From: Octopus sinensis
Lineage: Eukaryota
Reading direction: 5' to 3'
NCBI RefSeq assembly: GCF_006345805.1
Contig: NC_042997.1
Coordinates: 10,850,001-10,914,000 of the forward strand
Length of the DNA: 64,000 bases
Both the position numbers and the translations under genes were made by a program. The notes below the pieces were generated by a model. The model was not told the origin of the DNA. It saw only the letters and a list, made by a program, of their open reading frames with translations, and did not search any database. Shown here piece after piece: positions 51,206-64,000 of the stretch (positions are counted from its first letter, which is position 1; each line of letters begins with the position of its first letter).

Positions 51206-54088
51206 GTAAGTATATTGATAATTAAAGAAATATGAGCGACTTCCTTTATTCACTTGCGGTGTGAAAACGTTTAATTAATGTAATATTTTATTTTTTCATT
51301 CCTTCTTCAAAACACATTTACTGCTTGATTCCTATTTTGTATTTATATAATATCATATATGAATCGGAATGATCGATGAAGAATAATCAAGTTTCTTTAT
51401 TTTCGTCTGGAATATTGTTTACATCATAAACGAAGTGGCCGCTCGATCTTTTAGAAGTAGCAACAAAATTTCCCGCAAATCTCAATCCCAACTGTCTTTA
51501 AAAAAAAAAGATCTCATTTGTTAATATAGTTTTAGATATCTCCTAAAAAAACAGGATGTTTATTCTGGATTGTCTTTCATCATAGGATTGCTTGACCAAG
51601 TTTGACCGGGACTAAACAGCAGTGGAATTGTCTTTTTCACAGACATTTTACCATTTTACTTAATGGACTGAACATACTGGATACAGGATGGTTTCCGTGT
51701 TGAAGGTCCTAGGAGCTTGTTCACAGGTCCTTTTCCACTAGTACAATTAATTCGTCATGTGCGGTACAACACTTCGACAGTTGTAGCTAATAGTAACAGA
51801 CATGGTCTAAGTTTGCAGGACGCCCCCTCCATAGTGCGTCAATCCTGTTCTTGCAAAACTAATATTGATTTCAAATTTTGCACAAGATCAGCATTTTCGG
51901 AGAGGGGTAAGTCGATTACATGGACTTCAGTATTCAACCCAGAAAGGACGAAAGTCCAAGTCGATCTCGGCTGAAATATTCCATAGTTAGAAGAGATATT
52001 TCAACAGTGCAAGTTAATCTAATACAACAAGCAAATCTATCTAATGAATATAATTTAATAAACTGGGGAATATTTTGTTTTATTCTTTGACAAAAATCCC
52101 TCAATTTCTCATTGAATCACTTTTACTTTTTGTTACAGATTGTAATGCAATTGAAAAAATTCATATTCAGGCAATAATTTAAATATATATCATGTTATAC
52201 TGCATTCCTGTCATGTGCCAAAGATCTAAATTTAAATTTATCTTGCAAAGAATGTATTTTAACACTACAAACATAAAATTCCTGGGTATTACAATCAAAA
52301 TCACAGAATAACTTTCAATCCTTCTTATATGTTGCTTCCATTTAAAATTCCTACTTGTAAAAGGGAACTTGAAATAATAATAAAATAATAATGAAATTAT
52401 TGTATACAATGCTCAAGTACACCACAAAATCATTGGGTTGTTAGTCTATTAAAGCAAATCTTATACCAGTTTCCAAATCCTCTAGAAGTTATCATTTTCA
52501 AAATTATTGAAGTTGACGAAAATGCCTACTTTCATGCTGTTGACAACTCCATTCTACTTACAGATGAGACTGACGTGTCAACACTGCTCTAGCTGCAACA
52601 CAATCTCAAGGAAGCTATTGAAAGCATTTCATTAAATTTTGTATTTCAAAAGAAATACTTTTTAGATTTATGAATATTTACATTAACTTTTTGTATTTCC
52701 TTGTGCAAATATCACCTGTCAAACTGCTCTTTTCTCCTGCTGAAACTCTCAGTGATACCCACCATGATAAAGGAGTTCATTTCATGTCTATGAAACTCTT
52801 TACTCTCTTTTACTTGTTTCAGTCATTTGACTGTGGTCATGCTGGAGCACTGCCTTTAGTCGAGCAAATCGACCCAAGGACTTATTCTTTGTAAGCCTAG
52901 TACTTATTCTATCTGTCTCTTTTGCCGAACCACTAAGTTACAGAGACATAAACATACCAGCATCGGTTGTAAAGTGATGTTGGGGGGGACAAACACAGAC
53001 ACACACACATACATATGTGTATATATATATACATATATACGATGGGCTTCTTTCAGTTTCCGTCTACCAAATCCACTCACAAGGCTTTAGTCAGCTCGAG
53101 GCTATAGTAGAAGACACTTGCCCAAGGTGCCAAATTTTTCTAAAAATTGTACAAAGTAAAACCACTCCTTACAGCCATAGAAATGAACAATGCTAAAGAA
53201 CAAATCAAACAATGTGGAAGTCAGTACTATTTGCCTAAAATTATCAAATTTTTTCAAATCCCTATTGGACGATATTCATGCTGGAGTACTTCACTCAATG
53301 TGATTTCTGCTCTCAACTGCCATCTATGAAATTCCTCATGATAATTTTTTTTTCTTTCATTTTAGTTATCATTTTCTTTTACTTCTTGATCAATTTCTCA
53401 TGATCTTATCTTTATAAAAAAAAAGGTACAATACAAAAGTGATCCTTTAATAGAGGAAATTGAGCTACTTGAATGCAATCCTAAGTTTATTGTTACTCAC
53501 AGAAGCAATTGAGTAGTAGATACTGTCTTTCTCCATGATTGTCACAATGCCTGACATCTCTAGGGGGCACATTCAGGCTAGCAGAGTCAGATTAACCAAA
53601 TTAACATTCTCAACTTTCATTCCTTTTCCCATAATACTCTCTCTGACAAGAGAGATTCTTTCTACAATAGAAGTAATGAACTTGTTTTACTAAACCTTGC
53701 CATGCCTGTCATTCCTGTTAATGAACAAAAAGAATGATCATGCCACCAGAGACATTTAAATTGTAACTTATTTTGTTATCTCATAGATTGGTGATTTTTC
53801 TTAAAGGAGGGTCGTTGTTGTGATAGTGTGTTCTTTAACAATTGGTGTACCACATGATAGATGAGTTCTTTCTCTTACCTTTTGTTACTATGTTTCTGTT
53901 GAAATACACAACTATGTTTTAAGTAATTTTGAAAATAATGAAGAATTTAGTAAAATAACTGTCATATTAAGCTGGTGTTTGGAACACAAATTAAACATGC
54001 AATTTTGATGGAAGATTTTCTTTAAGATTATCATAAAGCCATTATTGCTTTCTGCTTTTATTTCATATTCTTGTATGTATCTTTCCAG

Positions 54089-54125
54089 CTCTTCATATGC
54101 TGATATGCTACATGATACCGAACGA
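54089..54125 (+). CDS. PRMT7: PRMT7 exon 2 (R-SSYADMLHDTER)
   Basis: ccag|C TCT TCA TAT GCT GAT ATG CTA CAT GAT ACC GAA CGA|gtaagt; 37 nt, in frame with the flanking exons. Confidence 0.93.
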
Positions 54126-54454
54126 GTAAGTTGCAACACCTTTTTGCTTATATATTTATATCTACTACAGAAAAAGTAGAAAATAAGTTGTAACAAAACC
54201 AGCATGATTTGAATGTCACATCTGCTGCTAACAATACAGCTCATTAGCACAGCTGTAGCCAACCAAAATTTAACTTGTGATCCAGTAATTTAAAATACTG
54301 TCATTTCCTTCTTTTGATTATTGACTCTAAAATACAGTTGATATTTTATTTAATCCACTTCCTTATTATTAGTCAGTCTTAGCACAAAATCTAGAAAATT
54401 AAGGATTTATATCTTTACTGATGATTGTTAAATTTGAATACCTAAGTAATCCTT

Positions 54455-54895
54455 TTGTAATCATATGACTGGCACCTGTGCCAGTGGAGCACTAGCAGCT
54501 CCATCTGAACGGGATCGCTGCCAGAGCAGCTGTCTGGCTTCTGTGCTGGTGGCACATAAAAAGCACCATTTGAGCGTGATCGTTACCAGCATCGCCTTAC
54601 TGGCACATGAACAAAACATTCGAGTGAGGTCGTTGCCAGTGCCGCTGGACTGACTCCTGTGCAGGTGGCACGTAAAAAACACCATTTTGAGCGTGGCTGT
54701 TGCCAGTACCACTAGACTGGCACATAAAAGCACCCATTACACTCTTGGAGTGGTTGGTGTTAGGAAGGGCATCCAGCTGTAGAAACTCTGCCAGATCAGA
54801 TTGGAGCCTGGCGCAGCCATCTGGTTTGCCAGTCCTCAGTCAAATCGTCCAACCCATGCTAGCATGGAAAGCGAACATTAAATGACGATGATGAA
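54455..54895 (+). mobile_element. RTE 3' UTR fragment with internally repeated gtggcac(a/g)taaaaagcacc units. Other copies: ~35002-35163 (-), 36537-36642 (+), 58430-58560 (-), 61600-61925 (+)
   Basis: Shares the terminal sequence and (GAT)n tail with the 62617 element. Confidence 0.85.
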
Positions 54896-56166
54896 ACAGC
54901 CTGTGTGTTTCAGTTAATTTTGTAAATAATCAAAAATGTAGAGAGATTTTGCAAAATATTAACTTGTTAATTTCGAAGTTGGTGTTTTGGAACATAGCTA
55001 ATCAAAGAGTTATTAAATAAAATTACAAGGGGATGCTGGAAAGTTCCTGGCTTTAAGGGTATCACAAAAGGCCTGATTGGAGGCCCAGCCTTCCAAGTTC
55101 TTTTACAAGGCTTAGAAAAACCGAAGGACTACTGCAATGAGTGTCTGAATCTGAGAGGGGAATGTGTTGAATAAAATCATAATTAACTGATCCTCCTGTA
55201 TTTTCTTTTACTCAAAGCCTGGAACTTCTCAGCACTCCCTCATATAATATGTGGTTTTATTTTAAATTTGAACATCTTAAAATGGAGGCTTTATATTATG
55301 TTCCCAGAAGCAGTTTGAGGTGGGTTGATCATTAAAGAATTAGATAAATTTATCGACATAAATGGAAAATAATTTTTCCTTGGCTCTAGATGTATTTCAT
55401 TATCATATATATCACAGTGCTGACCAAACTAAACACCACTAGTCACAAGTGCTTCCTTGCATTGTTGTAGCTTTCAAATGATGCCACCTTATTGGCTTGA
55501 GGCGGAGATCAGGCCAACATTTCCCCTAAACAGAATACCAGTTCATCACAAGGTTACTCATTTACAGCTAAGTGAACTGAAGCAATGTGAAATGAAGTAT
55601 TTTGCTCAAGAAGGCACAGCAGCACCAGTCTAGGAACTGAAACCACAATCTTGCAATCATGAGTACAATGCTTCTAACCACTAGGCCATAGCTCCCTCTA
55701 TATATATATGTTCATGGGAGCTATCAAATTCATGAAATATAGGATTAAGATGGTGAATATTGATCCTTAAATTATAACATTATATATTGTACTATAACTT
55801 TAAACAAAACAAAACTTTAGATGCTTCAGTGATAAATTAAATTGCATCTCACATCAGTGTTTTGTTATCAATGATACATGCTACGACAAGCATTAAACAT
55901 TAACTCTGACAATAAATACAGATATCTGAGTTTAAATAACCACATAATTTACTTAATGTTCTTTAGAAAATAAAAAAACCCTGGAATAAGATTACATTGA
56001 TGAAATAAAATTCATTACTGTACCAAAAGAATACATTAATTGCAACAGAGGTTTATATTGGTAAGATCTGCAACTAAGCCATGCCATTTTTTTATGATGA
56101 GAAAATGTTATTTTAAAAATTGAATTGTGTTGAATTAAATAACTCATTTGTTTTCTTCATTTACAG

Positions 56167-56316
56167 AACCAGAAATATTTTAAAGCCCTTAAAAAGGCTA
56201 TTGAACAACGCCGAACAATGAATGAACAAGTTAATGTTCTTGATATTGGTACTGGTACTGGATTGCTGTCTATGATGGCTGCTAAATGTGGAGCAGATTC
56301 TATCACAGCATGTGAG
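56167..56316 (+). CDS. PRMT7: PRMT7 exon 3 with SAM-binding motif I (VLDIGTGTGLLSMMA)
   Basis: acag|AAC CAG AAA...TGT GAG|gt; 150 nt encoding NQKYFKALKKAIEQRRTMNEQVNVLDIGTGTGLLSMMAAKCGADSITACE. Confidence 0.97.
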
Positions 56317-56890
56317 GTTTGTTGTTCAGTCACAAACGCTTGTAAAATTTGTTACTTCAAATGCTATGATGAAGGAATGATTAAGAATTGACATTTGTGT
56401 TATATATGTTGATGCTTTAGAGAAGGGAAGAGGGGGTATTTGTACTACTTATTCATATCCTAATGAACACTAGTAATACATAGTGCTTCCAAGTATGAAA
56501 TGAAGTTAAGTTACTGTCTAATGGAAAATTTATTTTTAACATAGAGATTTTTAAAAAGTAGTGGTGAAAGCCAAATCATAATGTCCATGCCAAAATTATT
56601 AACAACGTAAATGAAATAAATTGATTTTAACTGAAAATCAAAACCAGATGACTGACTTGGCTCACTAATAACTTACTCTATGATTGCTGAAAATCTGATA
56701 CTGATAAATATTGTAAGATTGCTATAACTGTGTACATTTGTGAGGAAAGTGAAACAGGAATACTTTAAATAATATCCCAGGTGTGCCTTCTTGTAATGAG
56801 TGAATAATGTTATATATTTATAAGAATTAACATATTTCTTTTTCTTTTTCCCTCAAACTGAATTTATCTTTATGCTTAATTTTCCTCTAG

Positions 56891-56999
56891 GCATTCACAC
56901 CCATGGCTGAATGTGCAAAGAAAGTAATAAAAAGAAATGGTTTTGAAGATAAAATTAAATTAATTCCTAAAAGATCAACAGAATTAACTGTTGGTGAAG
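56891..56999 (+). CDS. PRMT7: PRMT7 exon 4 ([36 protein letters not shown]+G)
   Basis: ctag|GCA...GAA G|gt; 109 nt, phase 0-1. Confidence 0.96.
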
Positions 57000-58652
57000 G
57001 TTTGTAGTTAGCCACCCATGCTTTCATTTCTTTTATTTTATTTTCTCATTAATATTATGTTTTGTTTTTATCATTTTCTGTCTTGCCTGAAGACCGGGCA
57101 TCATATTTGTTACTGAAATTAAGCTCACCCACTGCATGGTTGAGTGAATAGTATTAGGAAGGTAATCACCTGTAACATACTTGCACCAATAATTTATGGA
57201 AATATTCCAACTTTATCAAAATAGAAAAGTCTATATTTGAATTGGAATGTATTTTCTAGATTATTTAACATAAATTCTACTTTTTTTTTATTGTTTGATT
57301 TTGGTTTAGGCATCCCAGAACTACACACAATCACCTACACAAACTCATATTCATTGATGATAAATTCTACCATCATAAATGAAAATTCAACAAAGCCAAT
57401 ATGGAGCCCCTATGTAGTCATATGACCTACTGAAGACAGCAACCAAATGTCTCTCAAATCACAACCTATTATCTTTAAAAAGAAAAGATACACAGGATAA
57501 AATAGTCCTACTAACCCTTAAAAAGACCAAATGTTTATGGTTGGAATTCCTTTAATCATTGGTTTGTCCTGAAACAAATATCTGCAATGCAAATATTGCA
57601 GACTGCACAACATTTAAAAAAAAAATTTTGTTTTTATGTAAGACGCTTTTTATATTAATTATTGTGAATTTACATTGACTAAGGAAATATGGTCTTAACC
57701 TCTTATTAAACAACTGTGATTTGATGTCCTGTTGACTGCATACAAAACTTAAAAGTTTTTTGGTTCATCTATGACAGAAGAACTGATAACAAACCAAAAA
57801 TGCTGCTCCAAGTCAGACCTAATTCCAGCTACAACAGTTCTGGGTGGTATTTTTCAAACGTAATGTACTCTGGACTACTTTATCCAAAGTCTTCTTTTTA
57901 AAAGGAAATTTGTTTGCTATTCCTAGAAGACCTAGTGACCATACAAGGCTCTCACTTTGACTAGAATGGCAATAGTTTGGTGGTTTCTAGTGTCAAGCTT
58001 CAATTTTACGCTATGAGAATAATTTTTTTTTATAGTGTAAACACTCATTTTACATTCTTGTATGGGTGATGATTTTCACAAATGTAGACATTTAATTACT
58101 GCCAGAACAATTGCAGTTAGATGTTATTCTTAGTACCAACCATTAATATGTGATATCGAAGTGTCAGTTAGGCAGACTGGCAAACTAAAATATATATTCT
58201 GCCCAAAACACAATATGGCATTTGTAGTAAAATCTTCATAACCATCTGATTATATTCTTGCACAGCTACTGTGACTAACAGTTATCATCATTTAATTCTG
58301 CTTTTCATGCTAGCATCATTTAGATAGATTACCATGATCTGGGTAATTTCTTATTGGCAGCCGTTGCTCTTATAAACTGTGTTCATACATGCCAATTGGC
58401 TGTATGCCTTTCCTATTACCAATCATCATCATCATCATCATCTTTAATGTCCATGTTTCATACTGGCATTGGTTGGATGGTTTAACAAGTATCTGATGAG
58501 CTGAAAGACTGCATCTTGCTCCAGTGTCTACTTGACATGGATTCTACAATTCTACAGTTGAAAACCTATTATTTAACAGGCAGTTTTTTTTTGCGGGGGG
58601 GGGGGGGGTCATTTTGTTATGATTTATCTTCATATGATGCAATTTATTATAG

Positions 58653-58765
58653 GTAAAGACATGCTCCAAAAAGCTAACATCCTTGTTACTGAAGTTTTTG
58701 ATACTGAACTTATTGGAGAGGGTGCACTTAGTACTTATTACCATGCACTTCAGTATCTTCTTGAG
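58653..58765 (+). CDS. PRMT7: PRMT7 exon 5 with double-E loop ([17 protein letters not shown])
   Basis: atag|GT AAA GAC...CTT GAG|gtaag; 113 nt, phase 1-0. Confidence 0.97.
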
Positions 58766-60124
58766 GTAAGTATTAGTTTAACTACCATTATTTCTTTTAG
58801 TTCCATAGATTTAAATAAAAAATCATAAGTAATTTCAAATACATAACCTAAAGATGTAGAATCACAATGCTGAAGAAGTCAAAGAAGTAATGTCACAGGA
58901 TTTTCCATCAACAGTTAACTGAATATTGTAAAAACATTGAATAAAATTTTCAATCAAACTTTTATCTTTTATATATCAATTTATAATATTTATTATCTGA
59001 AGAACAGATGTTAGAAATGTTTTACCAAACTCTTCCAAAATGTTCAGTAGTTTTTGTAATTTAAAGTAGTTTACTTTTGTTACAAGTAACATATTCACAT
59101 GAAAATTACTGGAAAGATTCATTTTCCCTAAATTTTGTGATGGGTTGAGAATCAATCATGATACATTTCAAAGAATTGATATTATGCCTCAAAGAAATTT
59201 ACAACTGGAAAACAAGCCAAATGATGTAAGATTGCTTGATCTCTGTAAGATTGCTTGATCTGCTAGAAATAGCAAACTGAATGTGTTATACTATAAAAAA
59301 TAAAACTGTGGTTTCACTTACTTGAGTATGTTGGATATGTTGATTGCTCTCGACAACTGTCTTTCTTATCATATTTCTACCTTTGGTAGAAATATGTTAA
59401 ATTCATTATTTAAAAGGAGTTTACATTGTTTACATTTAAAAGAAATTTATGTGGTTTACATTTAAAAGGAATTTATTCAGTTTACATGGTTGACAGCAAA
59501 TTCTACTAATGCTACACAGTTGACTGGTTAACTGCAATAAGGGTATATTAAGTTGTAGAAACAATTGCTTCAACAATATGCAAATGTCTAGATTTTCAAA
59601 AAATATAAATTAAATGTAATAACATGAAAAAATTGAAGTAGAACAATATAAACAAATAGCCGGTAATGAAAATAATGATTGATATATAGATAAGCAGATT
59701 TTTAAAATATCACCTTTTAAGGTAGCAATGAGATTACCTTCAGAAGAGCTTATGGGCAGAGTTATTAGAACACAGCAGACCATATTAGGGTATGATACTT
59801 GTTTTATTTAATTGTATTGAAACTTTACTGAGCAATGAAATAGTATCTCTGCCTGCTGTAGTCTATGTTACTAGAAAGCAGACATTTGTTTTTCTTGGAA
59901 GTTTATTTCTGATAGACTAGTATCTTATTTAAAGAGACATTTTAGCTCTTGTCCACTTAAATGCTAATCCTAATAAACCTTGAAGTTCATGAAAGTATTA
60001 CCATTTTTTTTCTTTTAGCCATTAGAAATTATCAAATGTAGAGCCATAACAAAAAGCAAAAAATCACTATTCCCTTCATCACTAAAGTTGTCATTGTTCC
60101 TAATTTCATTCTCTATTTTGCTAG

Positions 60125-60357
60125 CCTAACTGCTCTGTGGTGCCTCATTCTGCAAGAGTGTATGTTCAGTTGGCGCAGTGTCCTTTGGGAAAAAACTGGA
60201 ATGAAGTTCAGCCTATCACTATTGATAAAACCAAATCTATTTCTGTACCAAAAGAAATGCATAATTGCAGTGGAGCTTTACATTTGCATGATCTACAGCT
60301 AAACCAATTGCACCAGTCTAAATTCCAGCTCATAACAGACCCAATCACAGTATTTTG
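60125..60357 (+). CDS. PRMT7: PRMT7 exon 6 (PNCSVVPHSARVYVQLA...HDLQLNQL...TVF+TG)
   Basis: ctag|CCT AAC TGC...TTT TG|gtatgt; 233 nt. Overlaps supplied ORF 60137..60382. Confidence 0.95.
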
Positions 60358-61297
60358 GTATGTAAGCTATTTTGTTCTATAGTTTTATTTTCTCAATATA
60401 TTTTCGCCAGCCAGTCCAGTTGTCAGTGAGGTCAGAATTTTAGGAACATATTTTGCTGGTCCCTAAGTTACAGTTTACAATTTTGAGATTCAAATTTTCA
60501 AATCCCACAAAAGTTGAGCTAGTAATTCAGCTTTCAAGAGATTAATCAAATGCTTAAGATGATCAAATTATGATGTTTGGTATTAAATTGTTTGGATGTT
60601 TGACATAGTTGTTTGATAGATATTAAAAATAGAGTTCAGATCATTTTAGAAAACTCCACTGTAGATTAACACCTTCTCCACCACAGTGGATTAGGTGCTT
60701 ACTTTGAACTATATAAGACTGGCCCAACTGATCTTGACCATTCAGTTTTTTGTTTTGTTGTTTTCCTTGCGTATTATATAGACAGGACTAAGTTAGACAG
60801 TATAGGCTTCAGTTTTTAAAACAGTAAAGCAATGTTTGAGGGAAATTTAGCTGCTACTTTTAGCAGGTCAAGTGACTACATAGTCTTCTGCATTGGATTG
60901 ATATATGAAGCTGTTTTAAGTTCCTGGTATAGCTTCCTACAAAAGTTATAGAAATAAATGCATCTCCTTGATGTCTGATCCTAAATGCAAACCAAGATAC
61001 TGTGCTCCTTGGGTAAGATACATTACTATTTTTAGTTAAAGCAATAAATGGGGTATATTGACTTGCCATGAGGAGAAATGTGTATCTAATGTATCAACTG
61101 TCAAACAAAGTTCTTCAAATTCTTGTGTATTACAGTACACTTTTCACTTCCATCAACTTGATGGATAATACTAACACTACATGATTTATTGTTGTTTTTA
61201 CCAATGTTACCTAAGCATATGTCTCAATAATTTGAATAATTCCAGATACTGCATCTCAAAATGATATTTTATATATGTATTTGTATTATTTTTCTAG

Positions 61298-61511
61298 CTT
61301 TGATTTTAGTGACAAAGAAAAATTAGTCACTGACAAAAATCTAAATTCAGCAGAACCTTTTAATGCAAAATCATTGGCACACATCACAGCAAACTCCAGT
61401 GGTACTATAGATACATTATTTATGTGGTGGGATCTAGATATGGACAAAGAGGGAGAGATTCTATTGAGTTGTGCTCCATACTGGGCCCATCCAGAGAGAA
61501 AAGAAGTTCAG
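61298..61511 (+). CDS. PRMT7: PRMT7 exon 7 (C-FDFSDKE...[30 protein letters not shown])
   Basis: ctag|C TTT GAT...GTT CAG|gtatga; 214 nt containing the WWD..MD..G and APxWAH motifs of PRMT7. Confidence 0.95.
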
Positions 61512-62452
61512 GTATGAAATTCTTGGTTTGAATATTGTTCTTTGTATTTTTTAAAAATATTTTTTAAGTAATCAGTTATATTATTAGAAACCATAGTTGT
61601 GGCCGATGCTGGTGTCACATAACAGGCACCCATGCCGGTGGCGCGTAAAAAGCAGCCTTCAAATGTTGGGTCTCATGGAGGTGATAAGTGACTGAGACCT
61701 TTGGAAACATGCCATGCTTGAGAAGACTCATCAAACCAAGTGAAATCATAATTGTGGCTGATGCCAATGCCATGTAAATGGCACATAAAAAGCACCCATT
61801 ACACTCTAGGAGTGGTTGGCGTTAAGCATGGTATCCTGGTGCAGCACTCCAACTTACCAGTTTCATTCAAACCATCTAACCCATGCCAGTATGGAAAGCA
61901 GATGCTAAATAATGATGATGATGATGACTTCACTTTTCATTTTATCATCTTAGTTACATTTTAAACCAGTGAAGGAGCTACTACAGTAGGGGTGCAGATA
62001 CAGCCTGGCTAAATGGTTAAGAAGTTTGCTTAACAATCATGAGGTCCTGGGTTTGATCCCACTGCAGCACCCTAGGCAAGTGTCCTTTTTTATTGCCTCA
62101 AGCCAACCCAAGCTTTGGGTAGGCAGAAACTCTGTGCAAAATCCTGTCGGATAGATTGTACTTGTAATTCAACTATGTTACTCTGATTCTGCCTGAAAAT
62201 TACATTAATGCTACATGTTTATTAATTTATATCTTTATCAATTATCTTCATCATCATCACCATCTTTGCTATCAGATATCAGTTTCCAGAACAACATTAG
62301 ATCCCAAGAACTTTAAAAGTAGTTTTTCATTTTAGTAAAAATTAGGAATTATATTTTGACATACTTACATAGTTATTCTCTTGAAATATTGTTATATTTT
62401 TATATTTTGTCTCACATTTATTGTAATTTAATTATTTGCTTTTTCAAACAAG

Positions 62453-62583
62453 TGGAGAGATCATTGGATGCAAGCCATATATTACCCATCAAAATACATA
62501 GCAGTTGAAGCTGGAGAAGAAGTTTCCCTAACCAGTTGCCATGATGAGTACAGCTGGTGGTTTGATGTGTCTACTAAAAAGGA
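62453..62583 (+). CDS. PRMT7: PRMT7 exon 8 with THW-equivalent loop (WRDHWMQAIYYP...HDEYSWWFDV); gene continues beyond the window
   Basis: acaag|TGG AGA GAT CAT TGG ATG CAA...AAG GA|gtaagt; 131 nt. WRDHWMQ is characteristic of PRMT7. Confidence 0.95.
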
Positions 62584-62616
62584 GTAAGTTTTTATCTAAC
62601 TTATCTACAAACTTCA

Positions 62617-64000
62617 TCATCATCATCATCATCATCATCGTTAACGTCCGTTTTCCATGCTGGCATGGGTTGGACGGTTCGACTAGGGTCTGGAAAGACA
62701 GAAGGCTGCACCAGACTCCAGTCTGATCTGACAATGTTTCTACAGCTGGATGCCCTTCCTAACGCCAACCACACCAAGAGTGTAGTGGGTTCGTTTTATA
62801 TGCACCGGCACAGGGGCCAGAGGGTGCTGGCATCGACCATGATCAGATGGTGCTTTTTACGCGCCACCGGCATAGGGACCACAACTACAATTTCCATTTG
62901 ATTGTGATTTGATTTCATTTGTTGATGTATTTGACTCAATAGGTCTCTTCAAGCATGGCATGTTGCCCTACGATCCAAGGTATTTTTGAGTTGGCTGGTT
63001 ATGCGACACTGGTGTAGGTTACAGCTGTGATCTCACTTTATTTACCAGGTCTTCTCAGTCATAGCATACCTCCAGAGGTCTCTGTCTTCCGTCATTTCCT
63101 CTGTGAGGCCCAACGTTCGAAGGTCATACTTCACCACTTCATCCCATGTCTTCATGGGTCTCCCTCTACCCCGGATTCCTTCCACTGTTTGGGAGTGATG
63201 CTTCTTCACACAGTTCTCCTCATCCATCTGTAGTACATGACCATACCAACGCAAATGTCTCTCTTGCACACCACATCCAATGCTTCTTTTTTCCAATATT
63301 TCTCTCAGGGCGCTTCCTTTCTTTCAAGCCTACACACATCTTCAGCAGTCACAGCCCATGTTTCACTGCCATGAAGCATAGCAGTTCACACACATGCGTC
63401 AGAGGCCCTTTGTCACCAGTAGGGGTAGAAGCTGTCTGAACTTTGCCCACTTATTCTAGTGATAACACTCTCTGAGCATTCACCCCCACTACTGACTTGG
63501 TCCCCTAGGCAGCAGAAACTATCAACTACTTCTAGTTTCTACCCCTGGCATGTGATGGAATCTATTTTCTGAGCATCTGTGGTGTTTATCGCCCCAGTGC
63601 ATTTCTCACACATGAAAGTTATCTTTCCGGTTAATCCTCCTTTGATGTTGCTGCAACCCTTATGCATCCGTAGCTTACACTGGGTACCTCTTATGGAATT
63701 TCTACCTGCACCTTTTCTACAGATCGAGCAGGGCCATCTACCTGAAGGGGTGTGTGATTTGTTCATCTTCCTACTTACTAGGACTCTGGTCTTTGCAACA
63801 TTAACTCTAAGGCCCTTCGACTCTAAACCTTGCTTCCACACCTGGAATTTCTTTTCTAGTTCTGGTAGTGATTCTGCTTTGAGGGCCAGGTTATCAGCAT
63901 TGAGGAGCTCCCAGGAGCAGCCTGTCTTAAATTCCTCTGTTATTGCCTGGAGGTCTACAATGAATAAGAGGAGGCTGAGGGCTGATCCTTGGTGGTCTCC
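62617..64000 (-). mobile_element. RTE LINE 3' part (RT end, PHD-like insert, C-terminus, 3' UTR, (GAT)n tail), antisense in a PRMT7 intron
   Basis: YADNLAL..., WKQGLESKGLRVNVAKTRV, LEVVDSFCCLGDQVS, LRWYGHV, GRGRPMKTWDEVVK..LRTLGLT..MT.DRDLWR; the UTR ends in acccatgccagcatggaaaacggacgttaacgatgatgat. Confidence 0.95.

Overview
This is AT-rich, microsatellite-dense, intron-containing animal DNA. The repeat families suggest a coleoid cephalopod, probably Octopus (inferred from recalled repeat families, not from a search). Two spliced genes sit head-to-head. CHCHD4/MIA40 is complete on the minus strand: 3 exons, join(42780-42759, 35945-35853, 32897-32578), 144 aa, with CPC and twin CX9C motifs. 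PRMT7 is on the plus strand: 8 coding exons from 51111 (or an upstream in-frame ATG at 51069) to 62583, continuing beyond the window. The rest is mostly transposon debris: RTE, CR1, L2-like, Tx1/L1, Hero and Penelope-like (PLE) non-LTR fragments, two Gypsy remnants, a non-autonomous Helitron, several TIR elements and at least four tRNA-derived SINE families. The most notable unannotated signal is nine type I minimal hammerhead ribozyme motifs in four unrelated repeat families. These include a 451-bp spacer-less palindrome with one hammerhead per strand, and a composite element (tRNA-like Pol III head + (AAT)n + hammerhead tail) beside a Penelope remnant in MIA40 intron 1. Coordinates and alignments were read by eye: exon borders were frame-checked, repeat borders are approximate, and no database search or folding program was run. 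No CRISPR array, rRNA or genuine tRNA gene is supported.
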